In this document: in pieces, positions 42,433-52,799 of the stretch
Numbering within the stretch: position 1 is the stretch's first letter
Layout: each line of letters opens with the position of its first letter
Assembly: GCA_039024555.1 (NCBI GenBank)
Contig: JBCCQQ010000040.1
Span: 1 to 56,973, forward strand
Direction of reading: 5' to 3'
Source of the DNA: Cyanobacteria bacterium P01_D01_bin.156
GTDB taxonomy: Bacteria; Cyanobacteriota; Cyanobacteriia; Phormidesmidales; Phormidesmidaceae
Length of the DNA: 56,973 bases
The notes under the pieces: model-generated
Database searches by the model: none
Told to the model about the DNA's origin: nothing
What the model saw: only the letters and a program-made list of their open reading frames with translations
Position numbers and translations under genes: made by a program

Positions 42433-43218
42433 CTAGTCAAATATGGCAACATCGGATGCTTGTTGAAAAATGTACTCGTAGTCAAACTGGAGTGCATTTT
42501 GATGACGCATGATCACGGTGCCTAGCTGGCCAATTTGTTCTGGACCAAAACTGGCCATAATTAGGGCCGCAGCCCGACTAGGTTTAATCGTTGGCACCCG
42601 TACAAAGTAGTCTCGCCGAGCAAAAAAGCGATCTTCATCTTTAGGCACGATAATGCCATTCAGGCGATGGGCTCGCTGTACAGGACGAATATAAAGCTTA
42701 AAAAAGTCTTCTTGACTGGGCTGTAAACGATACAGACGCTCATGCTGCTCCCAGCTCATGCGGAAGAGCAACATCAGAAATTCAAAGCCAAGAATATATT
42801 TCAAGACACGGTCATGTTCTTGGCCATTGGTCATCAGTCGAATAACCGTTTCTAAGTAGGCATCTTCCCGACGCTGACGTACCTGGGCTCCATGGATATA
42901 AAACTGTCGAACATAGCGCCGCAGGAGCGATTCGGTCAGTCTTGTTTCAATGCGAAACCGCTGCAGATGAGCGTATATGCGCTGCTGAATATCGCGATCG
43001 TGGATGATGCGAGAAATGACACCATCGGCGGTATATTCGTCTAAAAATCGAGCCTGCCCCTCAGGAGAAGTGGCACACATGACATGACACAGAGACAGCA
43101 CATAGCGTCGCTGTACCCAGGATAGGCCGGTCAACCATTGTTGAGCTTCAGAGGGAAGGGACTCAATAACCTGTTGACTATCGAATTGTTGTGAATGGAA
43201 AGAATTAATCGCAGACAT
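42433..43218 (-). CDS. Conserved cyanobacterial hypothetical protein
   Basis: 261-aa ORF, WVQRRYVLSLCH..FLDEYTADG; no catalytic motif recognised. Confidence 0.8.
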   Translation of the reverse strand: MSAINSFHSQQFDSQQVIESLPSEAQQWLTGLSWVQRRYVLSLCHVMCATSPEGQARFLDEYTADGVISRIIHDRDIQQRIYAHLQRFRIETRLTESLLRRYVRQFYIHGAQVRQRREDAYLETVIRLMTNGQEHDRVLKYILGFEFLMLLFRMSWEQHERLYRLQPSQEDFFKLYIRPVQRAHRLNGIIVPKDEDRFFARRDYFVRVPTIKPSRAAALIMASFGPEQIGQLGTVIMRHQNALQFDYEYIFQQASDVAIFD

Positions 43219-43505
43219 GCGACCTGTAAAAATTACCGGGCTTAATCGCTAAGTGCGCTAGGGCAGTGTCGAGTTAATCAATGACTCACAGATGGCACAA
43301 ATTTATTCTTGACAAACCACTAGATTTCAGGAAGCTTAGTCAAAGCCAGCAACAGCTTTGTGTACATAGGGGAGGGGCATTTTTAAATGCCCTGGGCAAC
43401 CCAGCCACATACAACGCAATCTGCTGAATATATCCGGCAAACTACTTATGATGTCTGTAAAAAAATACAGATATTTCATAGGACGCGTAAAATACGTCAG
43501 TGTTC

Positions 43506-44096
43506 CTACCGATCGCTATAGCGTTCTTCGGCCCAGGGCTCTCCCCTCATGTGATATCCATTACGCTCCCAAAAGCCTGGGGCAGGTTCGGCTAAAAACT
43601 CCAGCCCACTCAGCCATTTGGCACTTTTCCATGCGTATAGATGGGGCACCACTAAACGTAGAGGACCACCATGTTCTGGTGGCAAGGGTGCACCTTCTAA
43701 CGTGTGGGCTAAAAAATTCTCAGGACGAGCAAAATCTTCCATGGCCAAGTTGGTGGTGTAGCCACCGTAGCAGTGGGCCATCACATGAACTGCTTTAGGG
43801 TCTACTTCCAAGATGGCCAATAGGTCAGCTACCTTAACACCGCACCAGGTAACATCTAGTTTGCTCCAAGTGGTTACACAGTGAAAGTCTGCTGTAAATT
43901 CATGCTGTGGCAGAGCCATCAGCTCGGCCCAGTCCAAGGTTTTCTCACCGACCAAGCCCGATAGGGTAAGCTGCCAGTCGGTTTGGCTAATCTCTGGTGT
44001 GGGGCCATAGGTTAAAACTGGAAACCCTTTGGCTAAGTGTTGTCCCGGAGGCACCCGATCAGCTAAATCAGGTCCTGGTTTTTCAAAAAATTTCAT
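43506..44096 (-). CDS. Sulfite-oxidase-like molybdopterin oxidoreductase
   Basis: DFHCVTTWS, EHGGPLRLVVPHLYAWKSAKW, GFWERNGYH. Confidence 0.93.
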   Translation of the reverse strand: MKFFEKPGPDLADRVPPGQHLAKGFPVLTYGPTPEISQTDWQLTLSGLVGEKTLDWAELMALPQHEFTADFHCVTTWSKLDVTWCGVKVADLLAILEVDPKAVHVMAHCYGGYTTNLAMEDFARPENFLAHTLEGAPLPPEHGGPLRLVVPHLYAWKSAKWLSGLEFLAEPAPGFWERNGYHMRGEPWAEERYSDR

Positions 44097-44320
44097 AGGT
44101 AACAGTTACGTATGGCCCTGAGGAGCTGGTTTGTTACAAGCGGTCAAGCGTTGCTTAGATAACGCTACAGTTATTGTAAGCCGAAGGCGCTTACTAGCCT
44201 GGGTCACCGTTGACCAACTGGAGGATTGCCACAGTCTTTTATTGATATGGATAATTTTTGGCTATACCTTAACGTAGGAAATGAGATTCTCTGTAGCTGG
44301 TTACCCTCATCAAGTTCGCT

Positions 44321-44905
44321 ATGACATGTCAAAAATGGCCTGGGTTTGGGAAATTGGGATTGCTTTTTGCGATCGCATTCCCCTTAATTATCTCCCCTAC
44401 GGCACAGGCTGGCCAAACGATTATCATTCGTCGCACTGAGCGGTCCGGCCACCACCATCCCACTATCCACGAGGGACACCGCCACCGGATCGAGCGATCG
44501 AACCGCCACAACGGCAGACAATACCGCCGCACCCGAGGTCGCCATCACCACACGGTATACGAAGAGCATCGTCATGGCCGCCAGCGCCACACCGTACACA
44601 ATGGATATCGCCGCAGAGAAGTCACTGTAGAATTTATCGCCCAGGGAAATGAATGGGCCAATGTGTACGTTAACGGTCGCTTAGTCTTTTCTCCGACTAA
44701 TGCCAACCGTCGGAAAACGTTTACGCTCCGAGAAGGGGCCTACGAACTAAAAATTACAGGGGTTGATTATTTCGATATATGGGCAGAGGGCTACCTAGAT
44801 ATTGGGCGTGATAACTCCAACGTTGTTGTAGTTGCTTTTTCAGAACGCGGAGTGCGTACCGTAGGAGATACCAGGGCTTGGATTCCGGTTGCGACTGGAC
44901 GCTAA
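44321..44905 (+). CDS. Secreted His/Arg-rich hypothetical protein
   Basis: Signal peptide ..AQA, two His/Arg-rich repeats, C-terminal beta-rich domain. Confidence 0.75.
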   Translation: MTCQKWPGFGKLGLLFAIAFPLIISPTAQAGQTIIIRRTERSGHHHPTIHEGHRHRIERSNRHNGRQYRRTRGRHHHTVYEEHRHGRQRHTVHNGYRRREVTVEFIAQGNEWANVYVNGRLVFSPTNANRRKTFTLREGAYELKITGVDYFDIWAEGYLDIGRDNSNVVVVAFSERGVRTVGDTRAWIPVATGR

Positions 44906-44925
44906 CATAGGGCACAAAACTAACC

Positions 44926-46104
44926 GTGGCTGAGATTTTGAGTGCTACCCCCTACCAATGGATTCCTAAATCCTTGCAGACATTAGAGCGGGCCAACTGG
45001 TATCGCCAAGTTCAGCAAATTGAGGGTAAAGGGGGAGCAGTCATTACCATCGATGGCCAACCGTGCCTCAATTTTGCCAGCAATGATTACCTGGGCCTAG
45101 CCGCCGATCCACGTCTGGCAACAGCGGCAAAAAATGCAATTCAAACCTATGGTACGGGCAGTACGGGCTCCCGTCTGCTAAGCGGTCATCGTCCTATTCA
45201 TCGCGAACTTGAAGAAGCGATTGCTCAACTCAAGGGAACAGAGGATGCTTTGGTATTTAGCTCTGGCTATTTAGCCAATTTGGGCACGATTGCAGCTCTG
45301 GTGGACCACCGTGATCTAATCTTGGCAGACCAGTACAATCACTCCAGTCTACAGATGGGCGCTCGCCTCAGTGGCGCAACCGTCGCTATCTATGAACACA
45401 ATAATGTGGGCCAGCTGGAACAACATTTGAGCGACCAGCGGACCAGCTATCGACGCTGTTTGGTGGTCACTGACAGTGTTTTTAGTATGGATGGGGATTT
45501 GTGCCCACTCCCAGAAATTCTGGCTTTGGCAGAACAGTGGGAGGCTATGGTGCTGGTGGATGAAGCCCACGGTACCGGTGTATTGGGTAAAACCGGTGGC
45601 GGTGCTGTGGAATATTTGGGCTGTCGCCACCGGCCCTTGGTACAAATTGGCACCCTCAGTAAAGCCTTAGGTAGTTTGGGGGGCTATGTTACTGGGTCAG
45701 CCGAACTGATTGATTTCCTGCGCAATCGGACCGCTACGTGGATCTACACCACTGGTCTGTCTCCAGCGGATACAGCAGCAGCTAGGGCAGCGATCGCAAT
45801 CCTCGCCCAAGAGCCCCAGCGTGTAGCCCAACTGTCAACAAATGCGGCCGATCTACGACATAGCTTAGATCGGCACAACATCCATCATTTAGCCTCTGAA
45901 TCTCCGATTGTTTGTCTTCCAGTCAAGGACGCATCCACTGTTTTAGCGCTAGGGCAACAGCTTAGACAAGCTGGCTTTTTTACCTCTGCCGTGCGGCCAC
46001 CAACAGTACCAACCAGCCGCCTGAGGATAACCGTAATGGCTACCCATACCCAGGAAGATATTGACCGTCTAGTCGAAAAGATTCAGGAGTGTTTCCAAGG
46101 ATAA
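44926..46104 (+). CDS. bioF: 8-amino-7-oxononanoate synthase
   Basis: [39 protein letters not shown]. Confidence 0.95.
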   Translation: MAEILSATPYQWIPKSLQTLERANWYRQVQQIEGKGGAVITIDGQPCLNFASNDYLGLAADPRLATAAKNAIQTYGTGSTGSRLLSGHRPIHRELEEAIAQLKGTEDALVFSSGYLANLGTIAALVDHRDLILADQYNHSSLQMGARLSGATVAIYEHNNVGQLEQHLSDQRTSYRRCLVVTDSVFSMDGDLCPLPEILALAEQWEAMVLVDEAHGTGVLGKTGGGAVEYLGCRHRPLVQIGTLSKALGSLGGYVTGSAELIDFLRNRTATWIYTTGLSPADTAAARAAIAILAQEPQRVAQLSTNAADLRHSLDRHNIHHLASESPIVCLPVKDASTVLALGQQLRQAGFFTSAVRPPTVPTSRLRITVMATHTQEDIDRLVEKIQECFQG

Positions 46105-46106
46105 TC

Positions 46107-46346
46107 CTACTCCCCTAACTCATCCGGTATCACCCACTTTCTAGGTTCTGTTGCCCGCGCCATAATCTTCTTACGGACAGCTTCCTCAGCAATTTCCAAC
46201 ATTTTGTCAAGGGACGTATTTTCAATAAATACAGACGCCTCTTGGGTGTACTTTTCATTGGGGCATTCATCGCCCTTGATACAGCCGTTAACGCATTCAA
46301 CAGCGCAATTGACCGTCCCGTTAGCACTAGTATTTTCAGCAGTCAT
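46107..46346 (-). CDS. Small Cys-cluster hypothetical protein
   Basis: VNCAVECVNGCIKGDECPN..SLDKMLEIAE. Confidence 0.75.
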   Translation of the reverse strand: MTAENTSANGTVNCAVECVNGCIKGDECPNEKYTQEASVFIENTSLDKMLEIAEEAVRKKIMARATEPRKWVIPDELGE

Positions 46347-46402
46347 AGGGGTATTTTAATAACTCTTCTTGTCTACTCAAAATTTTACAGGGATTTCCCT
46401 CG

Positions 46403-47482
46403 ATGCTTCCTCCCAATGATATGCCCAGTAATAGCCCCCACAGCGCATATATGCATCGTTGTTTACAACTGGCAGCCAGGGGCCGCACCAGCCCCAACCC
46501 CATGGTGGGAGCCATCGTCGTCAAAAATGGACAGATTGTGGGCGAAGGGTTTCATCCCCAAGCGGGCCAGCCCCATGCGGAAGTGTTTGCCCTGCAAGCC
46601 GCCGGAGACGCAGCCCGAGGAGCCACACTTTATGTCAATCTTGAACCCTGTAACCACACCGGACGTACCCCTCCTTGCACAGAAGCCATACTGCGGGCAG
46701 GCATTGCCATAGTGGTAATTGGCATGAAAGACCCCAACCCCCAGGCCAGTGGGGGTATTGAGCGTCTGCGCACCTCTGGAGTTACGGTAGTTACCGACGT
46801 AGAAACCGCCGCCTGTGAACAATTCAATGAGGCCTTTATTCACCGCATTCGCCATCATCAGCCCTTTAGTATTTTGAAATATGCCATGACGTTGGATGGC
46901 AAAATTGCTACCGAGACGGGCCACAGTGCGTGGATTACTAGCCCAGAAGCCCGCCGACGGGTGCATAAATTACGCAGTCGCTGTGACGCGGTGATTGTGG
47001 GTGGCAACACAGTCCGCCGAGATAATCCAAACCTGACCAGCCATGGCGTTTCAGGCCGTAATCCGTTGAGGGTTGTTATGACGCGGACCCTAAATCTGCC
47101 AGCCCAAGCTAACCTATGGGACACCAACATCGCCCCAACGCTGATATTCACCGAAGCATCACAACAAAGTATTCAGCTGCCCATCTCCGTTGAAATTATG
47201 ACAATTAACCCGTTAACCCCAGACGCTGTCCTGAATAACCTGTATCACCGAGGCCTGTCTACAATTTTATGGGAATGTGGAGGCACCTTAGCAGCAGCAG
47301 CCCTAAAACAAAAGGCAATCCAGAAAATCTGGGCATTTGTAGCACCCAAACTCATCGGCGGCACTCGAGCCCTCACGCCTGTTGGCAGTATGGGACTGAC
47401 CAAGATGACATCGGCCCTAACGTTACATCAAACAAAATTAGAGCAGATAGGTCCTGACTGGCTGATTCAAGGGTATCTATAG
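46403..47482 (+). CDS. ribD: Riboflavin biosynthesis deaminase/reductase
   Basis: PNPMVG, HAE, LEPCNH.GRTPPC, TLDGKIA. Confidence 0.96.
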   Translation: MLPPNDMPSNSPHSAYMHRCLQLAARGRTSPNPMVGAIVVKNGQIVGEGFHPQAGQPHAEVFALQAAGDAARGATLYVNLEPCNHTGRTPPCTEAILRAGIAIVVIGMKDPNPQASGGIERLRTSGVTVVTDVETAACEQFNEAFIHRIRHHQPFSILKYAMTLDGKIATETGHSAWITSPEARRRVHKLRSRCDAVIVGGNTVRRDNPNLTSHGVSGRNPLRVVMTRTLNLPAQANLWDTNIAPTLIFTEASQQSIQLPISVEIMTINPLTPDAVLNNLYHRGLSTILWECGGTLAAAALKQKAIQKIWAFVAPKLIGGTRALTPVGSMGLTKMTSALTLHQTKLEQIGPDWLIQGYL

Positions 47483-47498
47483 CCCTCAAAAATCGCTT

Positions 47499-47870
47499 CT
47501 AGCTATCCAATAGCCTCACACTTTTGGTGACCCTAGCCTCCAAACGATAGCGACGCATTAGCAGATTGAGGGCACTGGTGAATTCATCCCGATTACGCAA
47601 AACGTCAAAACGCTGAACCACCTGACCTTGATCAATAAACAGTAGTGTAGGCAAGGTTTTCAGGCGATAGTAGTTGGCTAGCTTGAGATTCTCATCGGCA
47701 TTGATGCCCAATACTTCCACCTGGTCCGACCATTCCTTCTGAAATCTATTTAACAGAGGGGTCATACGGCGGCACAAGCCACACCAGGGGGCCCAAAAAT
47801 GAACTAATACAGGAACGGGGCAAGCCAATACAAAGCTTTCAAAATTATCTTCGGTGATTGTCATTGACAT
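47499..47870 (-). CDS. trxC: Atypical cyanobacterial thioredoxin (TrxC type)
   Basis: WAPWCGLC active site. Confidence 0.8.
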   Translation of the reverse strand: MSMTITEDNFESFVLACPVPVLVHFWAPWCGLCRRMTPLLNRFQKEWSDQVEVLGINADENLKLANYYRLKTLPTLLFIDQGQVVQRFDVLRNRDEFTSALNLLMRRYRLEARVTKSVRLLDS

Positions 47871-48422
47871 TTAATTATTGTCAGTATTGATAAAAGTCTT
47901 TTAGTATTTCTAATCTTATGAAGAAAGGCACAATACCGAAAGGGTATTGCAACATTATTGTCCTCCTTTCATAACAAAAAAGACAACTTGTTAATCGCAA
48001 AAAATCACCAATCCAAAATTAGAGCCCGCAAGTGAGGCAACATTACCCTCAAACTCCGAAAGCCCTTTCGTTGATAGAGTTATTGGAGCATTAATGGGGA
48101 TATTTGTACAGACTTGGAGGGACATAGAAACTAAAAAAAAAGTTAAGCAATGTGTATTTAGATCCGTACAACCATCTATTAGATGCATGTACATACATTC
48201 AACAGATAGTGTGGCCCATGAGGTCTCACCAAGGAGCTCAGAATCTACGACTGAAATTAGCTAGGCCTCGAACCATGGCTAATTTCGGTAATCAAAAAAT
48301 CTGTCAGATTCTTGCCGCTGCTAATTCGCAGAACGCACCGCTCTAGAGATGGCCCAGGACAAAACCAAATCTCCCCATAGAATTTCGCGAGGAGCAGCAA
48401 CCTACGTCTAGAAACTGGCCTA

Positions 48423-48824
48423 CTATGCCTGACTTTGCATTTCTCGTTCAATCGTATCCAACGTTTTTACAACCAACCGTTTGGCCTGGATCTTCCAGCC
48501 CCAAGATTGAATACCAAATGCTAGATAAAAACCTAAACCCGTAGCTGCAAAGTCCAACGGCTGCTGCATGGCAATACCTAAGAGTAACCCCAAGCCGCCA
48601 ATGCCCCAGAACGGCAAGGCCACCACTTGACGGTCACGCTCAACTATTTTGGCAAAGAAGTTAGTCGGAATATCCGAGACGATTTTCTCACGAATATCTT
48701 TTTGCTGAGGGTAAGGGACCGTCAAGCCCACTTTGGGCCGTAGCTTTTCAATTTTGCGAGCTTCTGTACTGTACTGGGTCAGCTCGTCCTCAGCCATGGT
48801 GATGAGCTTTTCAATAGAATTCAT
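48423..48824 (-). CDS. Hypothetical membrane protein
   Basis: From ATG 48824: MNSIEKLI..; two hydrophobic segments. Confidence 0.75.
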   Translation of the reverse strand: MNSIEKLITMAEDELTQYSTEARKIEKLRPKVGLTVPYPQQKDIREKIVSDIPTNFFAKIVERDRQVVALPFWGIGGLGLLLGIAMQQPLDFAATGLGFYLAFGIQSWGWKIQAKRLVVKTLDTIEREMQSQA

Positions 48825-48986
48825 AAAAACCTTGGAACACCTGCAGCACGAGCATTTTATACCGTATGCTGCCCTCCTGGCATGGAGAAAAGTACGTTGA
48901 CTGGACCAAATAGTCCGCATTAAGCTTAGGTTAAGAGAATATTAAATACGAGCCTAAAACCTTATTGGTCAGGTGTTTTACAATTT

Positions 48987-50333
48987 ATGGTTTCCGCTAT
49001 TCCAGCAGCGTATAAAACCTTTTTACCTAGGTTTTATCAGCTTTCCGTCGTGGGCATGTTTTCCCACATGATGGTACCCCTGGCAGGGTTATGTGACAGT
49101 GCTTTTTTAGGCCATCTCTCAGATATTAACTACCTGGCTGGGGTGATTCTGGGGGGCATCTTGTTTGATTATCTGTATAGAATTCTCAAGAGCTTACGCA
49201 CCAGTACCAATGCGCTTACGGCTCAGGCTATGGGCCAGGGAAATGCTACGGGGATATTGTTAGCTCTGCTGCGATGCAGTGTGGTAGCTCTAGCGATCGC
49301 AGTCGTCATCCTGCTGTTGCAATACCCTATACAGCGCATTGGCTTTACGCTGCTATCCGGGGTTAACACTGCCGAACAAGCTGGGCTAGCCTACTTTAAT
49401 GCCCGCATTTGGGGTGCCCCTGCGGTACTGCTCAACTTTGTGCTGCTGGGTTGGTTTTTAGGCCGAGAGAAAAATGGTTTAGTGTTGCTAATTTCCCTAG
49501 TAGTTAACGGCTCTAACGTACTGCTGGACTACGTGATGATTAACCTCTGGGGCTGGGAAAGCTTTGGGGCTGGATTGGCCACCGCCCTGAGCCAATATTT
49601 AGGACTGGTAACAGGATTGATCGCGGTCTTTCTAACGATTGACTGGTCAAAAGTGGGACAGATTATGGGCCATGTAATGGAGCCACAGGCGTTAGGCTCA
49701 ACCTTGCTTCTTAAGGGCAACATTTTGGTGCGCTACATAGCGCTTATTTCCGCCTATGCCATCTTTACAAATTTGAGTGCCACCTTTGGCACCCTGTCCC
49801 TAACAGAAAATGGCCTATTGCTACAGATTGCTCTGCTCAGTCAGTTTGCTGTTCAGGGCATCGGCATCACGGTGCAAACCCTGGTAGGTAATTTTCATGG
49901 TCAGGGACGTATGCAGCAATGTTTGCCCGTGCTCAAAACCGCAATTGCCAGCAGTCTGGTAATTGCGCTGAGCTTTACCCTATCCCTGCTGATCTTTCCG
50001 AACACGATGTTTACCTTACTCACTAACCATACTGAGGTGAGTCAGGCCATGGGTGACCATGCTGTCTGGTTAGTGCCCCTCCTCAGCGTTACGGCAGTCG
50101 CATTTATGTTGGAGGGCTACTTCATTGGGCTCAATGAGGGGGCCGTCGTTCGCAACAGTGCTTTATTGGGCTTTGGTGTTGGGTTTATTCCCCTAGCGCT
50201 CTTATCGGTTTACTTGCAAAACAGCTATCTGTTATGGAGTGCGTTAACAAGCTATATGGCTGTGATCATAGCGTTTTTGACCTACAAATTAGTAACCATG
50301 CCCCAGGCAGAAACATCCACCCTCGCCCCTTAA
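48987..50333 (+). CDS. MATE-family efflux transporter (DinF-like), copy 1
   Basis: PLAGLCDSAFLGH, RIWGAPA, multiple TMs. Confidence 0.92.
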   Translation: MVSAIPAAYKTFLPRFYQLSVVGMFSHMMVPLAGLCDSAFLGHLSDINYLAGVILGGILFDYLYRILKSLRTSTNALTAQAMGQGNATGILLALLRCSVVALAIAVVILLLQYPIQRIGFTLLSGVNTAEQAGLAYFNARIWGAPAVLLNFVLLGWFLGREKNGLVLLISLVVNGSNVLLDYVMINLWGWESFGAGLATALSQYLGLVTGLIAVFLTIDWSKVGQIMGHVMEPQALGSTLLLKGNILVRYIALISAYAIFTNLSATFGTLSLTENGLLLQIALLSQFAVQGIGITVQTLVGNFHGQGRMQQCLPVLKTAIASSLVIALSFTLSLLIFPNTMFTLLTNHTEVSQAMGDHAVWLVPLLSVTAVAFMLEGYFIGLNEGAVVRNSALLGFGVGFIPLALLSVYLQNSYLLWSALTSYMAVIIAFLTYKLVTMPQAETSTLAP

Positions 50334-50537
50334 ATCTCATGAATATTGGCAATCTGAATTCATCCAAGGGCCAACGGAGAAAGATGGATGGGCTGGAAGT
50401 TTAACTAGAGTTTAACGAAGGGTTAACTTGAATAAGTTAATTTATGTTAACTAGTCGTTGCATATCGTTAATCCACGATGTCTAAAGACAACTCATTCCT
50501 CCATGGGTATGGGCAGCATTAGGCATTGAGCAAATTT

Positions 50538-51878
50538 ATGGTCTCTGCTATTCCAAACACGTACAAACAGTTTTTGCCTCGGTTTTATCAGCTGTCCATT
50601 GTTGGTATGTTTTCCAACATGATGGTGCCTTTGGCGGGGCTATGTGACACCGCCTTCCTAGGACATTTGTCGGATATTCACTACCTTGCTGGAGTGATTT
50701 TGGCTGGCATCTTATTTGATTATCTCTACCGAATTCTTAAATTTCTTCGCAACAGTACCAATGCCTTGACGGCCAATGCAGTGGGAGAAGGAGATTCCGT
50801 TGGGGTAATGGTTGCTTTTATGCGCTGTTCAGTGGTGGCACTTGCGATCGCAGCCCTCATTCTTCTCTTGCAATACCCCATCCATGTTTTTGGGTTCGCT
50901 ATTCTGTCCGGTGCACCAGCGACAGAACAGGCGGGTCTGGCCTACTTCAATGCACGTATTTGGGGTGCACCAGCCGTCCTCCTCAACTTTGTACTGATCG
51001 GCTGGTTTCTAGGACGTGAAAAAAACGGGGTAGTTTTTCTTATTTCCCTAATAGCCAACGGCTCTAATGTGCTGCTGGACTATTTGATGATTAATCGATG
51101 GGGTTGGGAGAGTGCCGGTGCCGGTATTGCAACTGCCCTGAGTCAGTACCTGGGGTTGCTGGTGGGCCTAGTCGTTATGGCATTGACCATCGACTGGAGT
51201 CAGATAGGCAAAGCCATGGCGCAGGTACTCGACCGTCAGGCCCTAGCATCCACATTGATACTTAAGGGCAATATCTTGGTACGCTTTCTAGCACTGATTT
51301 CGGCCTACTCTATTTTTACAAACCTAAGTGCCACATTTGGTACAGCCTCCTTAGCTGAAAACGGGCTGTTGCTGCAAATTGCCCTACTCAGTCAGTTTAC
51401 GGTGCAAGGGGTGGGGATGACGGCCCAAACTTTGATTGGTAACTTTAAGGGGCAGGGGCGTACGGATCAGTGTTTGCCCGTGCTCAAAACAGCCATTGTT
51501 ACTAGCCTCGTTATTTCTCTAGGGTTTGCCCTAACGGCGGTATTCTTCCCAGAAACCACATTTACCCTGCTAACCAGCCACTCCGAAGTTAGTCAAGCCA
51601 TGGGTAGCTATGCGACTTGGTTAGTCCCCCTGCTAAGCATTACGTCTGTGGCCTTTATGTTAGAAGGCTATTTTATTGGTCTAAAAGAAGGAGCGGTTCT
51701 ACGCAACGGGGCTCTCCTAGGCTTTGGCTTAGGGTTTGCGCCTCTAGCGATGTTGGCAACCTATCTCCAAAACAGCTATCTGCTTTGGACAGCATTAACG
51801 GCCTATATGGCAGTATTAATGCTGTTTTTAGTGTACAAATTGGGGAAGACTCCCCTGCCAGAACCTACGGCAGTTTGA
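50538..51878 (+). CDS. MATE-family efflux transporter (DinF-like), copy 2
   Basis: Colinear paralog of copy 1; ATG 50538 aligns with the copy 1 start. Confidence 0.92.
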   Translation: MVSAIPNTYKQFLPRFYQLSIVGMFSNMMVPLAGLCDTAFLGHLSDIHYLAGVILAGILFDYLYRILKFLRNSTNALTANAVGEGDSVGVMVAFMRCSVVALAIAALILLLQYPIHVFGFAILSGAPATEQAGLAYFNARIWGAPAVLLNFVLIGWFLGREKNGVVFLISLIANGSNVLLDYLMINRWGWESAGAGIATALSQYLGLLVGLVVMALTIDWSQIGKAMAQVLDRQALASTLILKGNILVRFLALISAYSIFTNLSATFGTASLAENGLLLQIALLSQFTVQGVGMTAQTLIGNFKGQGRTDQCLPVLKTAIVTSLVISLGFALTAVFFPETTFTLLTSHSEVSQAMGSYATWLVPLLSITSVAFMLEGYFIGLKEGAVLRNGALLGFGLGFAPLAMLATYLQNSYLLWTALTAYMAVLMLFLVYKLGKTPLPEPTAV

Positions 51879-51906
51879 TGTCACATGTATCTGTTAGATA
51901 GTTCCC

Positions 51907-52680
51907 ATGCCTTTGCAAAATCCCTGGTTGATCGCCCTAGTGCTAAACACGCTGCTGATAGCGGTGGCCTTCGCCAGTCCTAAAAAGTTATTAACCCCCA
52001 TGGGATATCTCCATGCCTGGGTTTTAGGCGTAATTCTCTGGGGCTGTTTGGGATGGCAAGCCTATGTGGTAATGCTGGTTTACTTCGCGGCAGGTTCCGC
52101 AGTGACTAAGGTAGGTTTTGCTGAGAAAGAAGCGGCAGGCATTGCCGAAGATCGCGGTGGTGTCCGGGGACCGGGCAATGTCTGGGGGTCTGCGCTCACG
52201 GCAGCCCTGTGTTCTTTATTAGTGTGGTTGACGGGCCTTAGTTCAGTGTCCTTAGCGGGCTTTTTACCAGGCCAGCTGACCCAGCTGCTGATTCTAGGTT
52301 TTGTGGCTAGCTTGAGCACCAAACTATCGGACACATCGGCAACGGAAATTGGCAAAGCCTATGGTCGTCGCACGTTCCTGATTACAACACTACAGCCGGT
52401 ACCTCGGGGTACGGAGGGTGCTGTTAGCTTGGAGGGGACTCTAGCGGGTGTTGTAGGTTCACTCGTTTTAGCGGTAGCGGCCTGGGGCATTGGGTTTATA
52501 CCGCTGTTGGGTATTGTTATCTGTGCCCTTGCCGCCTTTGTTGCCACCACTGTGGAAAGTTTAATTGGGGCAACTGTGGAAGATAAGCTACCTGGCTTGA
52601 CCCACGATGTGGTGAACATTATTAATACACTGATTGGAGCGGTGGTTGCGATCGCTCTGGGCGCTATTCTAGTGGTTTAA
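51907..52680 (+). CDS. DUF92 / TIGR00297 membrane protein
   Basis: RGPGNVWGS, KLSDTSATEIGK, GTEGAVSLEGT. Confidence 0.9.
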   Translation: MPLQNPWLIALVLNTLLIAVAFASPKKLLTPMGYLHAWVLGVILWGCLGWQAYVVMLVYFAAGSAVTKVGFAEKEAAGIAEDRGGVRGPGNVWGSALTAALCSLLVWLTGLSSVSLAGFLPGQLTQLLILGFVASLSTKLSDTSATEIGKAYGRRTFLITTLQPVPRGTEGAVSLEGTLAGVVGSLVLAVAAWGIGFIPLLGIVICALAAFVATTVESLIGATVEDKLPGLTHDVVNIINTLIGAVVAIALGAILVV

Positions 52681-52799
52681 CAGGTCCGAAAATCAAAGCT
52701 TCTAAAACCGATTGATAGAATCTTTTTATGGGCGGTACGGGTTTCCTTTTCCTAAACCTGAACGTACTATTACCAAAGGTTTTATTCAGTCGTATCCCC

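Noticed and set aside
48987..51878. Toxin biosynthesis cluster implied by GntT-like MATE transporters
   Set aside because: No biosynthetic genes adjacent.
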